From positions 1 through 47,503 of the IMG/VR virus record IMGVR_UViG_3300033562_000984: a stretch of 47,503 nucleotides of DNA. One strand, written 5' to 3'. Positions 40,387 through 47,503 of the stretch are shown piece by piece. The position numbers were made by a program, and so were the translations under genes. The first letter of the stretch is position 1; each line of letters starts with the position of its first letter. A model generated the notes under the pieces. It was not told the origin of the DNA and did not search any database. It was given only the letters and a program-made list of their open reading frames with translations. The DNA is from a virus. Taxonomy: Duplodnaviria; Caudoviricetes.

Positions 40387-41718
40387 ATGTCAAGTAATCT
40401 ATATTCTAAGCACGGGTCGCTGACTCGCAAGTGGGCACCAGTTATCGAGTCTAATCTTGGTCGCAAGGTTGAGTCCACCTCTCAGGCTGCAGTTATGGCT
40501 GTCTGTCTTGAGAACCAGTACAAGCTGAACAAGGGCTTCCTGCCTGAGTCTCAGAACGTCACTTCTGATATGGCAACATACCAGAACTATGCAATGCCTA
40601 TCGTTCGCCGTATGCTTCCTGAGCTTTTGGCTATGAATGTCACTCAGGTTCAGCCTATGACTGGTCCTACCGGACTTGCATATGCAATGCGTTTCGTTTA
40701 TGACGATGGCGCTCCTCAGTATGACGCTAATGGTAACTTCATTGGAAACGAAATTGGTTACAATACCATTAAGCCTGAATTCACTGGTCGCGGTACTTCC
40801 TCTTCTCCTTCTGGTTTCACCACTGGACAGGGCGAATTGCTTTCTAACTTCAACGAAGTTCCTGGCAATGCCACTCTGCAGAACCTTGGCACTGCCAATG
40901 CTCCAGACGGCGCTCAGATCTCTAGAGGTAAGCTGACTGTTAACTCTGTTGCAGTTAAGGCTGGAACCAGAGCTATCAAGACCTCTTACACCATCGAACT
41001 TCAGCAGGACTTGGCCGCTGTCCACGGACAGGATATCGAGACTCTGATGATGGAAGGTCTCCAGTATGAATTGCAGCAGGAGTTGGATAGAGAGTTGCTG
41101 ATCCGCATGAGAAGCGCCGCTATCAATACTGCCTTGGGTGGAGCTGCTCCGTTTACGATTGACGTTACTCCAAGCGCAACTGGTAATGGTTCGAACATCA
41201 TCGCTGGTGACGGACGCTGGTCTCAGGAGAAGTTTGCGAACGTAGCCAACGCTATTATCGCTGCTGCTAACTTCCTGCGTAGAACCACTCGCCTTGGCCC
41301 TGGTAACTTCGCAATCGTTTCTCAGGATGTCGCTACTGCTCTGCAGTCCCTGAACTCTGGTATCTTCACTGCTAACACTGCAGACGTTGATGGCACTGTA
41401 ATGGGTATCAAGGTCGGTACTATCCACGGAACCAAGATTGACGTGTACGTTGACACCTTCGCCGCTAATAGCTATGCTCTAGTCGGTTACAAGGGTCAGA
41501 AGCCTGGACACGCTGGTATCGTTTACATGCCTTACATTCCTCTGCTTGTTCAGAAGACTGTCGGTTCTGAAGACGCATCTCCTCGTATCATCCTGAAGAC
41601 CAGATATGCAATCTTGGACAATCTGTTCGGATCTGGCTTGTTCTACCGCGAAATTCGTTTCGCAGGTCTGAACAGCTACTTCGGTAACCAGTTCACCAAC
41701 ATTGGTTCTGCATACTAA
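40387..41718 (+). CDS. Major capsid protein (T4 gp23-like)
   Basis: KWAPVIE, VQPMTGPTGLAYAMR, YTIELQQDLAAVHGQD, GRWSQEKF, GIVYMPYIPL, KTRY. Confidence 0.98.
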   Translation: MSSNLYSKHGSLTRKWAPVIESNLGRKVESTSQAAVMAVCLENQYKLNKGFLPESQNVTSDMATYQNYAMPIVRRMLPELLAMNVTQVQPMTGPTGLAYAMRFVYDDGAPQYDANGNFIGNEIGYNTIKPEFTGRGTSSSPSGFTTGQGELLSNFNEVPGNATLQNLGTANAPDGAQISRGKLTVNSVAVKAGTRAIKTSYTIELQQDLAAVHGQDIETLMMEGLQYELQQELDRELLIRMRSAAINTALGGAAPFTIDVTPSATGNGSNIIAGDGRWSQEKFANVANAIIAAANFLRRTTRLGPGNFAIVSQDVATALQSLNSGIFTANTADVDGTVMGIKVGTIHGTKIDVYVDTFAANSYALVGYKGQKPGHAGIVYMPYIPLLVQKTVGSEDASPRIILKTRYAILDNLFGSGLFYREIRFAGLNSYFGNQFTNIGSAY

Positions 41719-41749
41719 TCCCTGATTAGTGTAGGTCGAGTAAATTAAG

Positions 41750-41776
41750 AGGCTGGCAGAAATGCCAGCCTTTTTT
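41750..41776 (+). terminator. Rho-independent terminator after MCP
   Basis: AGGCTGGCA-GAAA-TGCCAGCCT followed by a T run. Confidence 0.92.
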
Positions 41777-41777
41777 G

Positions 41778-41806
41778 TTGACATCTTTTATTTGAGCGTT
41801 TATCTT
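41778..41806 (+). promoter_or_regulatory. Host sigma70-type promoter
   Basis: TTGACA-N17-TATCTT, then SD AAGGAGGT and ATG 41829. Confidence 0.8.
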
Positions 41807-41828
41807 GTCTATAACAAGGAGGTGGAGT

Positions 41829-42173
41829 ATGACTGTAGACATTCATGCTGGAAACAGACTAGAAGACGAAACTATCTTCCGCTTCACTAGAATTCAACTT
41901 GAACTTCTCGAAGAGTGTTTCATTGAAGCATTTTACGTTGGATATCAGGATCGTAATCTTGAGGAATTCGATGATGCTCGATATATTAGAGTTTCAGAAA
42001 TCAAGACTATTAACGAACTATTCTATTTGATTGGATATAAGTTCGCAAGTTCAGAGATAGCTCTTTCCGAAATGGCACAAAAAAACCTCCCGAGTTTGGA
42101 AGGTTTTCGTGAAACTATTTTGAACTACTTAGATAGATTCAATATTAGACTTTTTTACGAGAGAAATAACTAA
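41829..42173 (+). CDS. Hypothetical protein, probably early (start moved from 41805)
   Basis: 114 aa from ATG 41829 with a strong SD; the track's TTG 41805 overlaps the -10 box. Confidence 0.7.
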   Translation: MTVDIHAGNRLEDETIFRFTRIQLELLEECFIEAFYVGYQDRNLEEFDDARYIRVSEIKTINELFYLIGYKFASSEIALSEMAQKNLPSLEGFRETILNYLDRFNIRLFYERNN

Positions 42174-42963
42174 GAGATTCTGCAAAGGCTTCCATGAAAG
42201 CCACCTGCGATTCATACATATGGTTTGTCTGATGACCAGTAAATGCATCGGCTGGAACACTATTGGCATCATTAGTATTAGATGGCGATGTGTATGATGG
42301 GTTCATGATCTGGTTTATTTCGCTTTCGCTTGCAATAAACTCATCTACTATTGAATCTAAAGTGTCTACTAAGCCATCAGAGCCAATTAATGCGTCTTTA
42401 TATGAAGAAAGAGCGCCATTGCTACCTGTATTTAAAACTCTTATGATATTCGATCTGAGAGTTGTAACAGTATGCTTGAAGTCTAATATAGGTGTTTTAC
42501 TAGTAGATGAAATCTGCATTAATATTGACTTCACAAAAGTAATAAGTCTATTGCCTTGAGCAGTTTTAGATTCTTTTAATGCCTTTAGTAGTATCTTGTC
42601 TTTCTCTGTTTCATGGAAGAGTTGATATTCTACATATGCATTAGCAAGCGCCTGTCTAGTGTCACTATCTTTTTCAGCTACATATTGCTTTTTAATAGTA
42701 TCTCTAATTTTACCAAGCCTATCATATAAAGCAGAGAGCGCATTAAATCCAATGGCATCTCCACTACCTTGACTCTGTAGCTTTTCTATTGTCTTATCAG
42801 CGATTCTATTGAGCGTTGAATTAACAAGAGCAGTGCCTTCCAGCACCACCCTGCGACCAACGCATTCCATTAGATGTCGATTGTATCCTAATTTTGCATT
42901 AGGAGTTTTACTCTCCATCATAGCCTTTGGAACAATATCGTTGATTGAATAACCTATCTTCAT
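42145..42963 (-). CDS. Hypothetical late protein, putative internal head protein
   Basis: 272 aa, helical; TATAAATA promoter; MMES, VLEG, MYES, FMEA motifs near both termini. Confidence 0.6.
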   Translation of the reverse strand: MKIGYSINDIVPKAMMESKTPNAKLGYNRHLMECVGRRVVLEGTALVNSTLNRIADKTIEKLQSQGSGDAIGFNALSALYDRLGKIRDTIKKQYVAEKDSDTRQALANAYVEYQLFHETEKDKILLKALKESKTAQGNRLITFVKSILMQISSTSKTPILDFKHTVTTLRSNIIRVLNTGSNGALSSYKDALIGSDGLVDTLDSIVDEFIASESEINQIMNPSYTSPSNTNDANSVPADAFTGHQTNHMYESQVAFMEAFAESLSYFSRKKV

Positions 42964-42978
42964 TTTAAACCTCGAAAT

Positions 42979-42986
42979 TATTTATA
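42979..42986 (-). promoter_or_regulatory. Late promoter TATAAATA
   Basis: 5 nt, then GAGGT SD, ATG 42963. Confidence 0.75.
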
Positions 42987-43550
42987 TCACTCACTCATAG
43001 GCTGAGTGGTTTTCTTAGATGTGGTTGGAAAATAGAAATATGAACTCATTCCGATTATTACTGTTTTACTACATTCAAAGTCAATTCCAATTTTATTAAT
43101 ATCTGGAAATTCATCGAGTATTGTTCGATTAGACGCTGAAGTGTGATTGGAATAAAACATAAACGCATGGTTTTCAGTTGCCATTGTATCTACATATACT
43201 AGAATAGTCCCATATAAAATTCCAAGTCCGTATACAGTTGAATTAATATTACCAAGATCATTAAACTGCTCAAATACTTTAGTATTCAATGATTGAAACG
43301 TAAGTGCAATTGCAGGTGATACTATCACTGGAATTAATTCATGTCTCTTCTTCATAAACATTTTTCTAGATTCAACTAGAATATGATTTGCAATATTTTC
43401 GAATTTCTCTTGCGACCATCTACCGGCAGTATTATTCGCAGGTGTTATGTCTATGGTCTTACTTGTAATATTAGTTGTAATTATATTAAGACATTCAATT
43501 ATATGTCTTTCCCTATCAATAGAATTTCCAGATTCATGTAACCAGCTCAT
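42987..43550 (-). CDS. Truncated paralogue of the major capsid protein (A-domain region), 187 aa
   Basis: TIDITP..GRWSQEKFENIANHI..IVSPAIALTFQSLN..GTILVYVDT..GMSSYF aligns by eye with the MCP; ATG 43550 has SD GGAGGT. Confidence 0.8.
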   Translation of the reverse strand: MSWLHESGNSIDRERHIIECLNIITTNITSKTIDITPANNTAGRWSQEKFENIANHILVESRKMFMKKRHELIPVIVSPAIALTFQSLNTKVFEQFNDLGNINSTVYGLGILYGTILVYVDTMATENHAFMFYSNHTSASNRTILDEFPDINKIGIDFECSKTVIIGMSSYFYFPTTSKKTTQPMSE

Positions 43551-43571
43551 ATGACACCTCCATTTGTGTTT

Positions 43572-43580
43572 ATTATAGCA
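43572..43580 (-). promoter_or_regulatory. Extended -10 promoter TGCTATAAT
   Basis: Perfect TGnTATAAT upstream of the SD of the capsid paralogue. Confidence 0.6.
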
Positions 43581-43597
43581 GTGTATTACCTGCTTAA

Positions 43598-43603
43598 TAA
43601 ATA
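43598..43603 (+). promoter_or_regulatory. Late promoter TAAATA
   Basis: ATAAATA, 6 nt, GAGGT SD, ATG 43619. Confidence 0.75.
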
Positions 43604-43618
43604 CTTTTCGAGGTAACC

Positions 43619-44374
43619 ATGTTTTTAACAAGAGATCAAGTAAAGGAGTTAATATTACTAGAGCTAGGCGCTCCTATGGTAGATATTGACCTTAAACTAT
43701 TCCCAGATGCCATTAGTCCTATGAATCACTTAGATAAGGCTATAAATGAGACTGTTGACTATTTCTTTAGATATAATACAAACGAATCACTATATCAAAC
43801 TTGGATTATGATTAGAGCTATACCAGGACAGTCAATATACTCGATGCCTCAGGATATTGAGAGTGTGGTTGAGGTTTGGCCTTCCACTGGAGGTATTCTA
43901 CAGTCTCCTTTTATGATGGTCGATTCTAGTTCAATGGAAACTGTTATTTCGCTTAATGCAAATTTCAATGAATGGGATATTGTCTCATACACTGCATCTA
44001 GGTTATTCATGGCTGAAGTTCAAAAGGCAGTTGGAGAGCAGTTCTACCCTAAGCTAATAGTCAATGCAGAGGGTCGGAAGGAGCTGCATATATTCCCACC
44101 TCCTCGCGATACAGGATACGCAAGAACCATCGTAGGAAGGGCCTACAAACGCGCAGAAATGGGATCTGTATACGGGCATCCGTTCTTCGTTAAGATCGCT
44201 GCAGGATCTCTTATGCGTATCTGGGGGCGTTCCATTGGTAAATTCGGACGAACATTACCTGGAGGTGGAACTGTGAACGGTGAGATGATTATGAGCGAGG
44301 GTAAGGAAATATTCCAAGAATGGATGGGCTATTTGAAGAATGAATCAGCCCCTCCACTCGGAGCTACATACTAA
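43619..44374 (+). CDS. Neck protein (T4 gp13-like)
   Basis: ELILLELGAPMVDIDL; WGRSIGKFGRTLPGGGTVNG; ESAPP. Confidence 0.92.
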   Translation: MFLTRDQVKELILLELGAPMVDIDLKLFPDAISPMNHLDKAINETVDYFFRYNTNESLYQTWIMIRAIPGQSIYSMPQDIESVVEVWPSTGGILQSPFMMVDSSSMETVISLNANFNEWDIVSYTASRLFMAEVQKAVGEQFYPKLIVNAEGRKELHIFPPPRDTGYARTIVGRAYKRAEMGSVYGHPFFVKIAAGSLMRIWGRSIGKFGRTLPGGGTVNGEMIMSEGKEIFQEWMGYLKNESAPPLGATY

Positions 44375-44733
44375 CTAATAGAAACCAATTCGATAATATC
44401 AACATATAGATGATCTTCGTCTATATTAGAAAAGATGGTATACTTGCCATCTTTTTTTGTATATTTTGGATTATCGTGTTGATCCTTAGTAAACTCAAAT
44501 GCGAATTTCTCAAAATCAGACATTGAGTTGACTTCGGCAATCTCTTCCTTTTTAGGAGTAGTTCCGTCAGGTATTACAGTAAATCCGCGACCCATAACTA
44601 GAGTCTGCCTGTTATACTTAACCTTGTACTTCTTCTTAACAGTATCCTTGTGCTGCTTCAATTCAATAGACGCTAGTCTACGTTGTTTAACAGACTCTTG
44701 ACTCGACCCGTTGAATCCTGAACTTACAATCAT
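44371..44733 (-). CDS. Hypothetical protein, translationally coupled to the sigma factor
   Basis: 120 aa; ATGA overlap with the sigma stop. Confidence 0.6.
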   Translation of the reverse strand: MIVSSGFNGSSQESVKQRRLASIELKQHKDTVKKKYKVKYNRQTLVMGRGFTVIPDGTTPKKEEIAEVNSMSDFEKFAFEFTKDQHDNPKYTKKDGKYTIFSNIDEDHLYVDIIELVSIS

Positions 44734-45950
44734 GCGTACTCCAGATTAGAATTAGATTCCCAGTCCTCAGCTATATTAAAAGCCTCTAGTAAAGCAATTT
44801 CACTTGCAAGTTTCTTTTTTAAGTTTGCAATTGCTTTCTTGCGAATATTGTCATATTCACGGCGATCTATTTCGAGATTCTTAATGATCTCTTCCTTAGA
44901 CTTAATGTCGCTAGTATCGTTAATACCGAAATGGTATTTTAAATAGTAACGCTCATTCTTATTCTTGATACCGTTGATATACTCTTCTATTATGTTTTTG
45001 GCTTTTTTGATCGTCAGTATATCATTCTCTTCTATGATCTTAGAATCACATAGATTATCCTCTAAGCATATTCCAAGAGAACCTCCAAATTCAAGATCAG
45101 GTCTTGAATTATCTATTTGGTAATAGTTGAAGATGGTTTCAAGTGCTGCGAGATTTGAGGTCTTTTTTCGCATCCTCTCGATAATTTCACAGTCCTCTGG
45201 ATCTCTCCCTAGTTCCTTTGAAAGTATTTTTCGGAGCTTATCTACTTCCCTGCGCTGTTCATGTACATTCACTGGGATTCTGATAAGAGAAGCCTTGTCT
45301 GAAATGGCTCTACCTATTGCAGATTTGATCCACTGACTTGCATATGTACTGAATTTGTGACCTAGATTGTAATTGAAAAGGCATATTGCTCTTCGAAGTC
45401 CAATAAAGCCTTCTGAAAATAGATCAGAGACGGTCATTTCATCTGATGACCTATATGAAGATACTATTTGAATTATGATCTTAATGTTACTGCAGATTAG
45501 TTTATTGATGCAGTAATTCATGTCATTTTCAAAAGCGTTCACTATTTTATTTGAGTGTCGAGTTTTCCATTCACTCAACGCTTCAGAAAATATATCATGC
45601 GAGATGTGGTGTTTTTTGATTGACGATAAAGTCTCGTCTTTGGTCATTTCAACTAATTTAGTTGCATATTCAACGTCATGTGCAACTCTCTCGTCATATT
45701 CAGATTCAGAGCTAAAAGATCCTACCATGAAAACTTCATGGTGGTTGTTTTTAACTAGAAGACCCTCTACTCTCTCTAGGAACGATTCATATATTTTAGA
45801 GTCCTTCAAACAGATCTGGAAAATTCGATCCTTGAGGGTCTGAATTTTCGCGAAGATGAACTGTTCTTGTTCTTTTGACAGGACAGGGTTCTTAAGTACT
45901 GTAGGCTCGTAAGAATCTCGTAATTGTTTGAATTCCTTTTGGAAAGACAT
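44730..45950 (-). CDS. Phage-encoded RpoD-like sigma-70 family factor
   Basis: Region 1.2 (VLSKEQEQ), region 2 (DLFSEGFIGLRRAI..F...GHKFSTYASQWIKSAI..AI..LIRIPV), region 3 (ELGRDP), region 4 (ERYYLKYHFGI). Confidence 0.93.
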   Translation of the reverse strand: MSFQKEFKQLRDSYEPTVLKNPVLSKEQEQFIFAKIQTLKDRIFQICLKDSKIYESFLERVEGLLVKNNHHEVFMVGSFSSESEYDERVAHDVEYATKLVEMTKDETLSSIKKHHISHDIFSEALSEWKTRHSNKIVNAFENDMNYCINKLICSNIKIIIQIVSSYRSSDEMTVSDLFSEGFIGLRRAICLFNYNLGHKFSTYASQWIKSAIGRAISDKASLIRIPVNVHEQRREVDKLRKILSKELGRDPEDCEIIERMRKKTSNLAALETIFNYYQIDNSRPDLEFGGSLGICLEDNLCDSKIIEENDILTIKKAKNIIEEYINGIKNKNERYYLKYHFGINDTSDIKSKEEIIKNLEIDRREYDNIRKKAIANLKKKLASEIALLEAFNIAEDWESNSNLEYA

Positions 45951-45979
45951 TACATTTCCTCATGAGCATGGCTCTTCTG

Positions 45980-46597
45980 TTATGATAGTTTAGGGAAAAT
46001 CGCTTCGAGTATCACCTCGGCTGCACTTGGGGTGCCCCCCTCATGATTAGCAAGGTAATTTACACTCTTGGCATCCGTCAACCCTAATATAAAAGAAGTC
46101 TCATAATAAACCCCTATAGCCGACCTGACTTCCTCTGTCAACTCTATACTGCCGACAAATTCATCAAAATCGACAGTGTTTATAATCTCAAACATTAATT
46201 CATTGAATAATAGACATGAGTCAATTATCATTTCCTGCGAATCTTCGTTACCTGAAATAACATCATCTAATAATGCAACTTTGAGATTCATCTTATTACT
46301 ATCAACATGCGCTTTAAAACTATTAACCAAATAAGAAGCGCCTTCAATATAAGTATTTAATTGTTCTGCAAAAAACAAATCATACAATTCATCATATAGC
46401 TTTTTGAAATCTGTTAATTCACTGATCCCGTTCAATATTTCAGTGATTTTTTGATATGTTGCGTTCTTCTTGTCAGTGAAACTGCATCCTATTTCAGCTA
46501 TTCGCATCGAGATGTCGTTCGATGTTTGGTAGTACTCTTCGTCAGTCATAGGTTCTAGTTCAGGTTCCATATTATAAATTGTAGCATTAGTAAGCAT
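45980..46597 (-). CDS. Hypothetical acidic helical protein (alternative start ATG 46570)
   Basis: 205 aa; first gene of the sigma operon. Confidence 0.6.
   Translation of the reverse strand: MLTNATIYNMEPELEPMTDEEYYQTSNDISMRIAEIGCSFTDKKNATYQKITEILNGISELTDFKKLYDELYDLFFAEQLNTYIEGASYLVNSFKAHVDSNKMNLKVALLDDVISGNEDSQEMIIDSCLLFNELMFEIINTVDFDEFVGSIELTEEVRSAIGVYYETSFILGLTDAKSVNYLANHEGGTPSAAEVILEAIFPKLS
46578..46586 (-). promoter_or_regulatory. Candidate extended -10 promoter TGCTACAAT
   Basis: 7 nt upstream of in-frame ATG 46570. Confidence 0.4.
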
Positions 46598-46616
46598 CGA
46601 TCAGAATGATTTACTC

Positions 46617-46622
46617 TAAATA
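46617..46622 (+). promoter_or_regulatory. Late promoter TAAATA
   Basis: CTAAATA, 6 nt, GTG 46629. Confidence 0.7.
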
Positions 46623-46628
46623 ATCGAT

Positions 46629-47369
46629 GTGGTTGACTTATTCGATGTTGTCTTGACTAAACATACTGGCTCCCCTAAGCAGGAAATATTCTATAATGTA
46701 GAAACTTCTACCAACGACACTCGTATTGTTGGAGGGTATAGTACAGAAGTCAATGCGATTTCGTTCAAAACTGTTGATTCAGCTACGTTTTTGGATAGTA
46801 TTGATGCGATGAATTATCCTGTTAGAGCGCCTTATGCTACAACTAATATCAAACAGTACAATTATACTGAGAGTTTAGCTCATGATATTGAATCAGGTCC
46901 AGTTAAGAGCGGTCTTTATAATAACTCCTTTGAGAATTGGGTTAAAATTAAGTTAAGATTTGATCGTAAATACCGGAAGTGTATTGATGGAACTAGGTTA
47001 TATGTTCCATGTGCATGTGGAAATCCAGATGCGCCTCCTGAATACTTCACTAAAATCAAAAACCTTAAAATATGGGTTCATTTCAAACAAACTGAAGGAT
47101 ATTTAATCAAGTATGGATTTGCCGAAGATTTCGTTAAACCTGTTAGGGTTAATAGTTCAATAGCAACGTCTGATATTAGATCAATGGCATCTCATCATTA
47201 TGATGCTTCAGTTGCAATTGAATTACCTTTCCCAAATTCAACTGAAATAATACTAGGTCAAGTAGAATCACTAGAATCTAATTTCTTTGTAACTCAATTA
47301 AAGGCTTTCAAGGGCTGTGAATTCGAGAACAATTTAATGTGGTTCGAAGTTCATTACGACTTAGCTTGA
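46629..47369 (+). CDS. Hypothetical late protein, probably structural
   Basis: 246 aa, beta-rich, late promoter. Confidence 0.6.
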   Translation: MVDLFDVVLTKHTGSPKQEIFYNVETSTNDTRIVGGYSTEVNAISFKTVDSATFLDSIDAMNYPVRAPYATTNIKQYNYTESLAHDIESGPVKSGLYNNSFENWVKIKLRFDRKYRKCIDGTRLYVPCACGNPDAPPEYFTKIKNLKIWVHFKQTEGYLIKYGFAEDFVKPVRVNSSIATSDIRSMASHHYDASVAIELPFPNSTEIILGQVESLESNFFVTQLKAFKGCEFENNLMWFEVHYDLA

Positions 47370-47503
47370 TTCACCCTAGACAATGCAAGATCTGCTGATA
47401 TTGCTTCAATATTTGCATTGATAGTTGAAGCGTCTTGCTTTGATAGTAATCCCTTACCTACACTCTTATTAATATCCAGACCACCTGATATTACAGTCTT
47501 CAC
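47354..47503 (-). CDS. C-terminal end of a gene entering from the right edge
   Basis: Frame open from 47503 (VKTVISGGLDINK...RVNQAKS*) to TAA at 47354-47356. Confidence 0.5.
   Translation of the reverse strand: MKTVISGGLDINKSVGKGLLSKQDASTINANIEAISADLALSRVNQAKS

Noticed and set aside
40399-41427. 342-aa antisense ORF over the MCP
   Set aside because: It mirrors the MCP codon frame. Strong codon bias (few TTA/CTA/TCA codons) removes antisense stops; no recognisable motifs or initiation signals.
42987-43550. Calling the capsid paralogue a gp24 vertex protein
   Set aside because: gp24 keeps the full HK97 fold at about 400 aa; this ORF has only the A-domain region and no late promoter.
43551-43631. 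N-terminal extension of the capsid paralogue to 43631
   Set aside because: It crosses the neck gene's promoter and start; ATG 43550 has a well-spaced GGAGGT.
1-47503. Stop-codon reassignment, as seen in some large phages
   Set aside because: Core genes are intact under code 11, and TAG and TGA both occur at plausible gene ends.
1-47503. tRNA, CRISPR array, intron, intein or homing endonuclease
   Set aside because: Intergenic gaps are short (under ~140 nt) and explained by promoters and terminators; portal, MCP and gp6 show no intein-like insertions.
1-47503. Host assignment
   Set aside because: SD use and a TTGACA promoter argue weakly against Bacteroidota, but nothing in the window identifies the host.

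Overview
A 47.5 kb, AT-rich, densely coding segment of a large, divergent T4-like myovirus using the standard genetic code. It covers most of the virion module: tail sheath C-terminus, tail-tube paralogues, a putative tape measure, gp26/gp51-like chaperones, baseplate genes (gp48, gp53, gp27, short gp5, gp6, gp25, gp7-like), fibre-like proteins, gp3, several uncharacterised putative inner-head proteins, portal, gp67-like core, prohead protease, scaffold, major capsid protein (MCP) and neck gp13. An operon near the right end encodes a full-length RpoD-like sigma factor. Four observations stand out. (1) Twenty (A/C)TAAATA late-promoter motifs sit 5-6 nt before either a start codon (14 apparently leaderless genes) or a Shine-Dalgarno (SD)/short leader, and the sigma factor has altered -10 and -35 recognition residues. 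(2) A standalone paralogue of the MCP A-domain region has its own extended -10 promoter. (3) An unannotated gp51-like ORF overlaps gp26 in the +1 frame, at candidate frameshift sites. (4) gp25 is fused to choice-of-anchor-A-like and Fn3-like surface domains. All product calls come from motif recognition by eye and synteny; no database searches were run.
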